Source: Cenococcum geophilum (taxonomy: Eukaryota). From it: 64,000 nt of DNA. The position numbers and the translations under genes were made by a program. The notes under the pieces are model-generated. The model made no database searches and had not been told where the DNA came from. It worked only from the letters and a program-made list of their open reading frames with translations. Position 1 is the first letter of the stretch; the number at the start of each line of letters is the position of its first letter. This document shows positions 13,885-25,658 of this stretch, in pieces. The stretch lies in the NCBI GenBank assembly GCA_050273025.1, contig CP158635.1, positions 18,786,001 through 18,850,000 of the forward strand, in the 5' to 3' direction.

Positions 13885-14850
13885 GGCCGTCGAAATCGGG
13901 GTCTTCGGATTCAGCAGAGCCAACGTAGAGACGTCGCACAGCATGCGGGTGGGAGCTGGTGGCGGTCGAGACGTTATGGGTAGTAGTAAAAAGTTTTACA
14001 TGAGATAGTAAGATCTCGAAAACTACTGCTAACGGTACCCCTTTACAGTAAACAACTACTAGCTCCTATCCCAAGCGCACCGGTGTATAATCCCCATGGA
14101 TACGAGTTAGATTTAACCCCCCTTAATCCCTTAATCGAAGACATCGACGATTCCTTACGATTGATGAACGAACGAGTAAACACACCCCTTCCTAATCTAG
14201 GGCGGTACGCGCCCGCGGAGCATGATAGGTCACTCGCCGTTAATCGCACTATACTGCCTGGCAGCCTGGATAACGACCACACGGTTTTTTGTCTCTTCTT
14301 TACGGACTAGCCCCCCCTAGAGAGGGCCTGGCAACTGGGGCCTAGGCAGAAAAGATACCCAGAGCATACACACCCCGCATCCCGCTCGCCTTTCAGTATT
14401 ACGGTGCCGGTTACGGATGAATCCCCTTTACGCCTTTGATGAGCTCTAGGGGAGGTTAGGGTATATACAATGGCAACAGTTTACAGGGGATGGCTGCAAT
14501 AGGGGACGGTTAAGATATAGGAAACTACTAGCATACGGCAATCACAATAGTAGGGCCTACGTAGTGAACCCCAGCTCTGGCTCTAGGCGAGCTAAGAAAA
14601 GAATAATGCAGTGGTAACTACGGAGATCTAAGATCTAGCGGAGGTCTGGGCATAGCCGCTAGCTGCGTGCGAAGATGGTTAAACCGGGGTTTTTTATCCT
14701 ACTAAGGTGGCTTATAGGGGGTTTCCCCCTAATATGCCAGGGGTTTTTTCCTGTACGATACATAATTTCCCCTTATATACGGAGTAGCCTGCGCGGGCCT
14801 AGATAGGATTCGTTGCAGATGTTAATCAAAGATCAATATATATACAATCA
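13885..14850 (+). repeat. Partial, diverged copy of the LTR-like repeat at 20127-21743 (opposite orientation)
   Basis: ggccgtcgaaatcgg, agagccaacgtagagacgtcgcacagc, gagatagtaagatctcgaaaactac and ctaaggtggcttataggg each match the reverse complement of 20290-21691. Confidence 0.8.
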
Positions 14851-15788
14851 ATCCTATGCCCGTAGGGTTAATTAGCCTACGCCGCTTAGGTGAAGATGTT
14901 CAATTCGCTTATGATACTGCACTGTGGAAGAGCACTAATAGGAATATCACCCTGGCTAATTATTGTAATCCTCCAGGGGGCTGGGGTGCTGAGAATCCGC
15001 CGGTAAGTTAATATTGGCTTAAAAGAAATTTGATGAGAACGGAGCTGACCGATGGCAGCCTCGCAATATTGATTGTTATCTTCTTTGCTGAGATACGAAC
15101 TGACAACGCCCTAGAGGGCTGTGCAACCACTAAGAGAGAGATTCGGATGTGAATACGTATCTGTATTATTTTTTGTGATTATAAATGAAGAAAGGATGAG
15201 TTTTGGTATTGTATTTCTTGAGTGCCCGAGTGGACATTGGGGTATTGGTGTAGTCATCGCATCTGCACGGTTACGCGAGCGGGCGGGCTGATCTCCGCTA
15301 GATGACGCACAAGGACAGCGTGACGTTCCGTTCAACGCTTGTTGACCTCAACTACTTCAAGTGCCGAAACCTCATCCAAAGCTTGAGAGCGCAAGTAGCA
15401 CACCTAATGTATTCTTTGTAATTAGTATTCCAGTCCTCATCTTCTCTCCACTCATCCCCCGCATTTTACTAATGCGAGAGTCGGCGCTAACGACAAAGCT
15501 GCATAGCGAGCTAGACCCGATACAGTAACCAATTTGGCGGACGAGCCCAGGTGTAGTGATCAAGTGACGAAGCTCCTGACCTTCCGTGACCCCTCACTCA
15601 ATCTCCCGCTGTGCCTGCTTCTCTCTCCTTCTTCCACCACACACACCGCTGTGCCTGAATACTCGTACATCACTCAATCCGAACTCAACTCTATCTCAAT
15701 CTAACCCACTAATACACACCTATTATCATTGTCTGTTCCTCATTACCACCTTTACTTCTTTACCTAGCCTTCGATCACGCCACACATC

Positions 15789-16696
15789 ATGTCGGCTGAA
15801 ATACAGAACGCACTCACTAAGGTTGATTCCCTCATCGACGAGCAGCCAGCCCAGGGTAAGGAGCAGAAGAAGGGTCATCGTCGGGGTAGTAGCACCGCGA
15901 TTGATGTCTACAACATCGCTGACCTAGGTAAGTTTGCTTGTTATTAGCTGTCTAACCATTGCCGTGGCGCTAATACTGTTGGCAGAGAAAGAGGGAAAGG
16001 AGATCAAGATTGCTCCGGAAACTCAGAAGCTAAATTGGTATGTTGCTGTCGTCCTGTAGCTTGCATTTTTGCCCCTGTGCACCCACATTGTATCATTCCC
16101 CACTCACTGTTCCATCTCACCTACTCTTCTCTGGAGCCATCTTAGTCATCATCCGTGTTCTCCCGCAAGATACTCACTAATCCAATGGCTGAATGTAATG
16201 CTAATAAAACCCCTTTGCAGGAAGCTCAATACCTCGCCTGCGTCTCTAGATGAGAAAGATCTCCTGAAAAAACCCCTCTGCGTCCCAATGGTCAAGAAGG
16301 TCGACCTGCATTTCCCGCTCGGACTAGAAGTCACCGCACGGAACCTGAAAGGTGTGACAATTAAGGATGCGTTAGACGCAATCTACAAGCAATTCAAGAA
16401 GAAGGTAAATCTCCTTATCGCTGTTCTGATTTCATTCATCACAATGATTCCAAATGGGGCTACATTAACCCGATTATCCATCTTGAACATTTGTTACACC
16501 CATGTGGTATCCCCCATTGTCCAATTGATTGCTGATGTTGTCCGTCTAGGCCGACGATGAACTCGAGAACCCAATTCTCGCGGGCTTCGAGTGGGATAAG
16601 GAGGAGTGCTACACCCGCTTCGTCGTGCATCAGAAGAAGGAAGGCGCGGCACAACCATCGAAGAAGTCCAAGAAGAAGGGCGGTGCTGACGAGTAA
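15789..16696 (+). CDS. Conserved-looking fungal hypothetical protein, 4 exons (~155 aa)
   Basis: Spliced frame MSAEIQNALTKVDS...VYNIADLEKEGKEIKIAPETQKLNWKLNTSP...LHFPLGLEVTARNLKGVTIKDALDAIYKQFKKKADDELENPILAGFEWDKEECYTRFVVHQKKEG...; three canonical introns. Confidence 0.8.
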
Positions 16697-17200
16697 TGAA
16701 TGACTCGCCCACTTCTCTCGGGTCTATAGGGCCTCGATCATATTCGTTACTTGTTGCTCGATGATCGATGGATGATGGATGTGCGCTTGAGTGCTGGAAG
16801 ACTCTGAGGGCGCCTGGGGATGTCTACATTCATGAAGCACAGCTGAGATGCCGGCTAGGTTGACTAGAAGGTAGTGTCGCTGTCGCTGCAATTTCTGGCT
16901 GGTCTATGGTGGGTCTATGGTGAGACGGGCGGTCATATTTGTACTGGTACTTCGATCATTACGGTGGACAGCGTCCGCTTGAATGCGAAGGATGGCTTTC
17001 TGAATCCTATGTCCAGAGAATGGCGTGATGTCTGGTGCTCTTGAAAGTATACGTTGACCAAAATATCTTACTTCAGTGGACCCGCTCTTGCTGCCAAACT
17101 ACTTTCGGCAAGTCAACCCGACAACTCGACTTCGGCCACTGGCCGCCAACAACCACCAACCCAAAATACCAAAGACCCACAAAAATCAAAGACACAAAAA

Positions 17201-17319
17201 ACATACAACAGCAGGGATTCGCTAGTGGTCACCCACCTAACTACTAATCCGCCGGTTACCAGCTTAAATAGGGCGGAGCGAACGGGACGCCTTGCTTTCT
17301 GGTACCTGTGGTCGTATGT
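17201..17319 (-). rRNA. Dispersed 5S rRNA gene (119 nt)
   Basis: Reverse strand ACATACGACC...TTAAGC...TTAGTAGTTAGGTGGGTGACCACTAGCGAATCCC..TGTTGTATGT followed by a T-run Pol III terminator; 5'/3' ends pair. Confidence 0.95.
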
Positions 17320-17675
17320 GAAAGGAATACTAAATGACACAATTCTTATTCCTGAAGTTTTCCTGACCGCTTCTTCCAGAAGAGACCTACTGATGCATCT
17401 CTTAGATTTTCATGATATGTAGTAACTGCTCGCAGCTATGAACCTATGTAGAATGCATGGGTACTGCTTCGAGAGACCGATATATGAGGACCAATTTCCC
17501 GTAGACTTCCTCCTTCTCTTCCGCCAAATCAATTTTGTTTTATCAGAAAGAATGATCATAGAACATGATATAGTTTTTGTGTTATATACAAACAGGAACA
17601 AATTTTCTTTTTAATGCCCGGTTTCGCTAGCAACGTTCTCCCTCCCCTTACCCCCTCCACCACCCACTTCCCCTT

Positions 17676-18364
17676 CTACGTTGACGTGGCGCATTGGCAC
17701 TGACTATAATCGCTAGTCGCCGTGCCGGGACAGGTCACCTCCTCAAAATCGACAACGGGGTTATCACCTAGCACCTGGCTCTGGGCCATGATGTCGAAGT
17801 GGTACGAGTAGCCGTACTGGTTCGTACCGCCGACGGTCGGACACCACTGGGCGTTGCCGTTGTTCGGGCACAGGTTCGTCACCATCACGATGATGGACTT
17901 GCCTGCCGCGCCGCCCGTCCCGCACGAGGAGCAGGGCGCGCTCCCGGTGGAGGTCAGCTTGTAACACTTCCCGCAGCCGGCGCCGCACCAGGAGAGCCCG
18001 GATCTGTCGTAGAGGACTTGCGAGGCCGCGGCTGTGTAGATGCCGGCGGCAATGCCGCTCTGGTGGGCTGGTCAGCTGGTTGTGTGGAGGGCCATAGATG
18101 TGGTGGCGTTGGGGGAGGAAAGAGGAAGGCGCAGGGCGCGCGGAGGTGTCCTGGATACTGACCTGCCACGAGAAGGCTGAGTTGCCGGACGCGGAGCCAC
18201 AGCCGCAAGCACCCTTTAGGCCATCATAGTAGCGCTGTGTGGAGATGTCAGATCATGTCCAGTTCCTTGGGAGGATGCTCGTCACCCACAGTGGTAGTCG
18301 CTTTGAGAGCCAATGCTGGTGAGACAGCACTGGTGATAATAGTTAAGACATAAACAGCCTTCAT
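17676..18364 (-). CDS. Secreted GH45 endoglucanase (Cel45/EGV-like, subfamily B), 3 exons, no CBM
   Basis: Signal peptide MKAVYVLTII..., ATTTRYYDGLKGACGCG, WCGAGCGKCYKLTSTG, VMVTNLCP, NQYGYSYHFDIMA; TATA-like TATATAAAA upstream at ~18471-18479. Confidence 0.9.
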
Positions 18365-18630
18365 CTTGGTCCAATTGTTCGGTATGTCGAGTGCTTTGCC
18401 TAGCTTTTTAGACGTGAACGAATGTCTTGGGGCGTCTTGGAAGCTCCGGAAGGATATGCCCATCCCTCCCTTTTATATAGAAACGGGTCATGCTGGTGGA
18501 GCAGCTTAGATTTCTTCATGAGAAACACTACGGCTAAATGATGGAGACGGTGTGCAGTCGGACGCAAATTTAGATGACGAATAGGGCTTCTTCCTGAAAC
18601 GCGTTGATGAATACGAAAGTTAAAGCACTA

Positions 18631-18941
18631 CGAAAGGTCGCTAACAAAAGCTCCTGCACCTTCCTAATTAAGAAATTAATTCACTAACTCTCTTAGTATA
18701 TTAATAAATTTATATTTTTATATTTTTATGTAAAATTTTATAAGCTTTTATATAAATTCTAAGTTAAAACAATTGCGTAATTAATAGTGTTAAAGTAGTT
18801 ATTATAACTTAAAAATTATTAAAAATTATTAGTGCTGTAATTTACGTAGCAATTCTAAAAATTACGCATTTGTAGTGGGATCGTGTCTAAAGCTTAATTT
18901 CCTAATTAGGAAGATGCAAGAACTTTTGTTAGCGACCACCG
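18631..18941. mobile_element. MITE (311 bp), Tc1/mariner-type TA target duplication
   Basis: ~48-bp imperfect TIRs (cg...ggtcgctaacaaaagctcctgcaccttcctaatta / taattaggaagatgcaagaacttttgttagcgacc...cg) flanked by TA on both sides; AT-rich interior. Confidence 0.85.
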
Positions 18942-19609
18942 TACGTGGCCGAAAAAGAGTTCGTACCCCGACTTACACCACCTCTTTGCATCTCATTGTA
19001 AGTGCGTGTTGATCGTGCCGATCAAACTGAGCGGAATTATACCCTTTCTGTATAGAATTATACCTAAAATAGGCAGAAATACGTTAAAATGGTACTTAAA
19101 AAGGTATGAAATTATCCCGTTTGATCGCCAAGATCAACAGGGGCTTATAACGAGATGTAAAGAGGTGATGTATATTCCTGGCTTGATTCATTTCATATAT
19201 TTCGGGTCAACCGGGTAGCTGCCTTCTGGAATTTTGGGTGCAGGGCGATGGGCTCCGTGGTGTGTGATTTGATGGAATTGCTAGTCAATTTAGCCAGAAC
19301 GTCGGTATCACACTGCATCGGCGATCACATAAATTGAAAATGCGGAGAAGAATGCCACTAGGAAAATAATTTCCTAACTAGTATGCGGAACGCCATGGGG
19401 TACGATTGCTCTGGAGATATCTGGAAAGGTGACCATAACGATGACCGGCGGAGATGTAAGAGAGTGGCATGTAGTTTTTGTGATCAGGCACGCGTATAAT
19501 TATATAAGACTTCTCTCATGCTGCAATAGAACCTTGTATTATCTTCTAAGCAACTTCTTTGCTTCATTTGACCCACCGTTTCAAACATCTGAATCGTTGT
19601 GGAGGACTA

Positions 19610-19820
19610 CTATGGTACCCGGCCGAAGTTTTGTACATTGTCAATGCGCTTACAGGGGGCCTGCCAACGCCACCCGACAAAAATGTACCAATCAATATTG
19701 GCAGTAATCGCTGCGCAACGTAGATTTGCCAGGTTCTAATTAGTAATTGAATAGATTTCAAGCCTCTTTGGCCCCTGTAAGCGCATTGACGATGTACAAA
19801 ACTTCGGCCGGGTACCATAG
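19610..19820. mobile_element. MITE (211 bp), TA target duplication
   Basis: ~50-bp near-perfect TIRs CTATGGTACCCGGCCGAAGTTTTGTACAT.GTCAATGCGCTTACAGGGG flanked by TA. Confidence 0.9.
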
Positions 19821-20126
19821 TAGACGATTGTGGCCCGTGCATGAACATCAAAATACTAACAAATAGCATCCTACCAGAATTATACTACTAAAATGTACTT
19901 TCAACGATATAGATCTTGTGTAACCTAATTAATATATTATTCTAAAGAATAAGCGTGTTAAAATCTCATTCCTAGAGCCTTAGGTACTAATAGATTTTAT
20001 ACTCGTATTATCCCTTCGCACGCTGGCGTCCAACCCTTGGTGCCAAGCATATGAGCACCGGTATCACGTTGCCAAGATCCAGCTCAAACGAGAGTGTCTG
20101 ATTGGCTATATCCTTATCGATACGGT

Positions 20127-21743
20127 TGAAGGGATAATATACTTTACTTAATCCCTGTCGACCTATGGAACTTTAGAAGTCGCATCAGTCCTTAGTCAAA
20201 CAATAAGTGTTTGAAGCTCTAACCGATTAACCAAATACGTCGTAGATTGGACGAAGCTAACGACGACTTCTTGATATATATTATTATTATTTAATCACTG
20301 CTTAACGTCTGATACGGATCCTAGCACGGCCCACGCAGACTTCTCCGTACACACAGGGGAAAGTAATATTGACGGGGAAAAACCCCTGGTATATTAGGGG
20401 GAGAAAAGCCCTATAAGCCACCTTAGCAGGGCAAAAACCCGTTAACCATCTCCGCACGTAGCTGGCGGCCCTAAGGGCCACCTCGTAACTACGTCTAGAC
20501 TTCCATAGATGTTACAGCCTGTACGAGCTCCGGCTTCTCCCCCCCGTGTGCGCGCAGCGGTACACTCGTAATTTCGCTAATAGTGCACCATCCAGCGTAG
20601 ACACTGTGCACTTGCAAGAAAGGTAAAGTCTCTAATTTTTAAGCTTAATCGTAAGAGTTAAACTTGAAGTTCTCTAGTGTGCAAGAAAGCGAAATTGCGT
20701 GTGTGTACCGCTGCGCGCACTCCGGGGAGAAGCCGAAACTCGTACAGGCTGTAGATCTCCTTGGTAACTACTACATCCTTCTTCCAGCTCATCCGCAGCT
20801 AGGGTTCACTACGCCCTAGCTAGGCCTTGCTGTTGATTGATAACTCAGCCACATCCTAGTAGTTTCCTATGTCTTGACCGTCCCCTATACACGCCACCTC
20901 TTGTAGATTGCCGTATGCCCCTTCCCTCCCTAAGGCCTATCGAAGGCGTAAGGGTATTCGTCCGTAACTAGCTCTATAATACCGAAAGGCGAGCGGGATG
21001 TGTATGTGCTCTGGGCGTCTTTTGTGCCTAGGCCCTAGTTGCTAGGCCCTCCCTAGGGTGACCAGTCGTAGGGAGGAGACAGGGTAAACTGTGGGGTTGT
21101 TGTCCAGGCTACCAGGCAGAATACGGTGCAGACGGCGAGTGACCGCATGCTCCGCAGGCGATCGCCCTGGGGGTTAGGCGGGGGTGTATTTGTGTCCGTC
21201 GCTCGTTCGCTCGTCCGTCGATGTGAGGTGTCGTCGATGTCTTCAATTTAGGGTTCAGGGACGTTAAGTATCGAACGGACAATTAGGTCAGGAAAGGAGG
21301 GCTCGTGTATAGATTGATCTACGAAGAAAAGAGACTATATATACATGAGGTAGTACGTAATGAATAGGTAATAGAAACAGGTTTGTAAGACATTAGCGGG
21401 GTAGTGGGACATAGGGTGGTCAGTTCGACATTAAGTCCGACTCGTATCCATGAGGATTACACAGGTGGGCTCGGGTAAGGGCGTAGTAGTCGTCTACTAC
21501 GTCAGTGGTAGTTTTCGAGATCTTACTATCTCGTGTGAAAACTTTTCACTACCTGCAACGTCTCAGCGACCACCAGCTCCCACCCGCACGCTGTGCGACG
21601 TCTCTACGTTGGCTCTACTAAGTCTAAACTTCGAAGACCGCAGGTTCGTAGCCGTCACCACGTACAGGTGCTAAGTCCGATTTCGACGGCCTCTTGATAT
21701 ATATATAGAGGCTCCTGATCGTCCTGTTCGATAATCCCTTACA
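20127..21743 (-). repeat. LTR-like repeat (putative solo LTR) carrying a MITE
   Basis: Minus strand starts TGTAAGGGATTAT and ends ATTATCCCTTCA; homologous partial copy at 13885-14850; no TSD recognised, so the left boundary is uncertain. Confidence 0.5.
20515..20751. mobile_element. MITE (237 bp), TA target duplication, nested in the LTR-like repeat
   Basis: ~63-bp TIRs CAGCCTGTACGAG..CGGCTTCTCCCC..GTGCGCGCAGCGGTACAC.CG.AATTTCGCT; TA on both sides; empty site present in the sister repeat at ~14622-14637. Confidence 0.92.
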
Positions 21744-21899
21744 CCTATAGTCTAGGTATAATTAAATAAGCCTAACTATCTAGCTCTAGTTTAGTTATAA
21801 TTAAGATAAAAGTTAATATATAAGATAATTAATGTTAATAGGCACTTCATGTTATTTTTAATTAACTATAAGGCGCTGTCTTAGTATTTGCAACCATAT

Positions 21900-22059
21900 T
21901 ATCGACCTGTCAGACATTAGTTTCAGCCTAGTTTCGGTCTAGTTTCACCATTCTCCAGGGACCCCCGTAGGGGGTACCACATTGCCTGTATATAAGCCTG
22001 TATCTACGTAGATTTAAATCCTTACACGAGTATTTCTGACCTGATATGTCCGGTCGACA
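21900..22059. repeat. Putative short solo LTR (160 bp)
   Basis: Termini T(A)TCGACC ... GGTCGACA (TG..CA after RIP), internal TATATAAG; flanks catat/cgtag only partly match as a TSD. Confidence 0.4.
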
Positions 22060-23631
22060 CGTAGGTTATACAAACCTAACAAGAGCATTTACGAGCTAGC
22101 ACGGAAGATCTGAAACATATGTGTATCCGATAGATTGTGCATTTGAAGCTTCTAAGAACGATTTCTTAAGATGAAAATGTTATCAGCCGCTTGTGTTAGA
22201 AAAGCTTCCTGTATACTCTTAGTCTTCTGTTTGCAAAAGGTACTGTCCTCAGACTCTACCTCTTATGTAGTAGAGAAGATACACAAAAGATCTTTAAGTC
22301 CGCTATCGCAAAGTTTTCACTCATATATCTGAGACTTCTATACCGCTTCAGAGGCCTCGAGGACGAGGCTGCTGCCTACTTTCGGTCATATATTCAAGTT
22401 AGCCTGGATTTCATTTCCGAAGACGATCCCTAGAAGAAATACCGGGCCTATACTGTCTTATCACCCGTGATTAAAGTGATGGATTCTTGGCTTTGATACA
22501 GGCGATACAGGCGCGAAAAACGATTACCGGTCCCTGCGTGGCCTGCAGGAATATAAAACTTCCGATGATCACTGAAGGTGGCAGTGCATCATTTGTTACG
22601 ATGCAGCTTCCAATAGGCTACTAGAAAACGACAGCGCACGACATCCATAGAGAAGAAATCCTTCCGCACAGTCCGACCATAGTCGAAGAGAGTATTAATG
22701 AGCGTATGAAACCGAAACAAAACAACGTTAAAAGTAAGTTAAATCCCCAAACAAATAACAATTCGCAAAATCACTTGTATACTTTGCTAAAAGGATCTAC
22801 TTTTAGAAGATAGGAAGTTTTCGGGAGATTATATCTCCAAACCATGAAGCGATGAGGAAATTTATATGTATATTTAGATAAAACCGATATTCTTTTTGGA
22901 ATAAGAGATACATTTCTATAAATAAAATAAGGACAAAACAGCGTACTATGCGGTAATTATACTCACAGGATGAGATATCCCCATTTATGATTGGAAAACT
23001 CTTCTATTTGAAGCCATTGAGATTGAAGACTAACCACACTATAACTCTCGAGCGCCTCTCCACTCTTTGATACACCACATAGGACTTTACGGTCTAGCCA
23101 TAAGAGGCAATAGAGGCGTAGCCAGTTAATGGCCATATTCCAAAAATAAGAATTTTACTGCGGCAATATACGTATTAAAGTGGATAAGCTAGTTAATAAT
23201 AGTTTCATTAGTCGCCACTATAGTTGCCTGCTTAGCACTACATCTAGCAGAGCACAGACGGTTTGTCACGACCTGGCATTATTGAGATGTCTCCTTCTAA
23301 TCATAATATGTAAAGGTCTTGGTCGACTATTATATGCCTTAAATATGTCGTGTCTGTAACAGTAGAATAAAGCGATCTTGATAATAGTGAAGTTGGGTGC
23401 AAGCTTTAAGGCTGGTCCAACCCAACGAGTCGTATTTAATTTCGCAGCCCGCAGCCACGTGCTAGCGTCGTCATGCCACATGAAACTCCCCAAGCCACAC
23501 AACTGGATCGTCAACGCCGCGTAAACTGTCGCAAACCAGGCAGCCCTATGCTATACATTTGACTCCTATATGCCTAGCTGATTCCCGCTCCTTTACTTAC
23601 TTCGAAAAGCCTCAATTTTACTTGTTGAAAC

Positions 23632-25196
23632 ATGTCAGAAAAGCTTATGGAGAAGCCTGTGAGCTGAAGCCCCGCCATCTCATTTCACGACGGAGCTACC
23701 GCACTGACAACCCCTCTAGACGGCGAAACCAGGGACCACATCGGGCGCCGAGTCGCCTACCACAGCTCGCGAGCTTGATTTTGATGACGAACCTCAAGAC
23801 CACAACGTCGCATCTCATGAAAACCCATTGTCGCCACCAGCTCCTACAAAATCACCAAGACCCCGAGTGAGCTTCCAGGAAGAAGAAGCCCTGCCACCCA
23901 AACCTCCACGACCAATGAGTCCTCAAGCGCAGGCGGAGGCCACTCTTATCGAGGCCTTTCCAGCCATCGACGCGAAAGTCGTGAAAGCTGTTTTGGTTGC
24001 TAGTAGAGGGAAGGTTGAACCGGCTTTCAATGCTCTACTGAGTATGTCAACTACATAAGCACGGGGGACGAAATAGGAATCCGAGAGCTAATAGCATGCT
24101 AGGCATGTCTGACCCCGACTTTCAAGCCGAAGAAACGCCTCCACCTCAACCTCCTCGCCCTAAACAAGTTCGAACACAGTTGGAAGCTGATGAGCTCTAT
24201 GCCCGACAGCTTGCCCAACACTACCAGAGCTCAGCTCCAGGGTATGGATCGCGCGAAAAGGGAGATCCTCCAGTGCCGCAGCGGCGCAGAGAGACTGGAC
24301 TCAAGCCTAATGAGCTCTACGATGACAAGGAACATAGCTTCTTCGACGGTATATACATGCCACCCTGCAGTTCTATACACCTGCTAATAGGCATTTGACA
24401 TAGATGATCTTCCTGCGATCAAGGAAAATGTTCGCAAAGGATTCTTGGAGACCCAATCTAAAGTAAATAGATGGATTACCGACTTCCGCAAAAAGCTTGA
24501 TGGTGACGATGAAGATGACGACGGCGTTGTCCATCCCGGCGGTTCAAATCAACAGCGCCAGAACTACGGCCCTTCACAATCAGACCAACTATACGGTGTC
24601 CGGAAGAGCACGGAACAGAGTCGACGCAGCGGCGATCGCGAGCGCTACGACGCAGATAACCGCATGCTTGGTGACGACTTCGAGGCGTTGGAATTAAGAG
24701 ATGAGGAAGGTACGTCCATAACGAGCACATAGATTTCTATGAATAGCAGATTGTATCCAAGGCCTTTCGGAAGTTCTGACTTTTCTATACAACAGCTCCA
24801 CATAACCCACGTCCGCACCGGCCCCTCGCGAACCCTGACCTTTTCAAACCCACACCCGTAGCCCCACAAGGTGGTCCTGTCGACGAGATTGAAGCCCTGT
24901 ATCGTAACCCAACGCCTACACATGGCCAGCGACAGCCGTCTCCCGGCACTGGTGGCAAGACCGGGAAATGGCAGCCGCTGACGAGCGTGGTACCACACCC
25001 AGTGACTGACGACAACGATCCATTCAGTCTAGGTGACAGTGATGAGGAAGAGGCAAGAACAAAGGATACCAAGGTAGAAGATACAGAGAGGCTGAAGAAG
25101 ATGGCGAGTGAGAGTGAGACAGCGAAGAAGAATGAGAGAGACGAGACGCTGCGGCCCGCAGAGAGAAGTGGTAGCATGGGTAGACCAGATAGCTGA
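23632..25196 (+). CDS. CUE5: CUE-domain ubiquitin-binding protein (Cue5-like), 5 exons
   Basis: ESPTTARELDFDDE, CUE domain TLIEAFPAIDAKVVKAVLVASRGKVEPAFNALL-GMSDP, QLEADELYARQL, FFDDDLPAIKENVRKGFLETQSKVN, C-terminal DNDPFSLGDSD. Confidence 0.88.
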
Positions 25197-25658
25197 GGAT
25201 ATGCTCAAGGGTGGCAAGTAGGCTAAGGATGCCATGCCGTTCATTTAGTGGGCATGGGAAGCCAGCGAGGAGTTATCACTGTGGAGGTTCTTGTGTTGTA
25301 TGAATGGGCTGAGAGAGGTGCATCGGATATGTGTGGCTTCACTATCCTGGGTGTTGATCGGGTTTTCTTTACTTGAGAGGTAGTCTGAGCTTTCTATGAG
25401 ATATATATCTTTCTATACAATTGATTTTTTTATTTTAACCAGAAGCTCTGCTCTTGTCGGTGATGTTCGGTGCCGCGAGGACTTGCTATTTTGAGTATAG
25501 TGCAAATCTTTGGACTGATGGTTATGACTGCATGCTTCATGTAAGATATCTTCGATATGAATAGGAAACGAGGAAAATAAAACCTCTGTTCCCTCTACAC
25601 CCAACTTTATCTTTTATTTACTCGCTTCTCCCTATCTACTCTATTCCAACTGTTCGCT

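Noticed and set aside
17054..17422. 122-aa ORF containing TYNSRDSLVVTH
   Set aside because: Antisense translation of the 5S rRNA gene
17676..18065. High GC in GH45 exon 3 as a sign of horizontal transfer
   Set aside because: The gene has normal fungal introns and is Gly/Cys/Ala-rich; amino-acid composition and codon bias suffice to explain it
22080..23100. Possible decayed gene fragment
   Set aside because: Coding-like composition, but no motif or frame I could support
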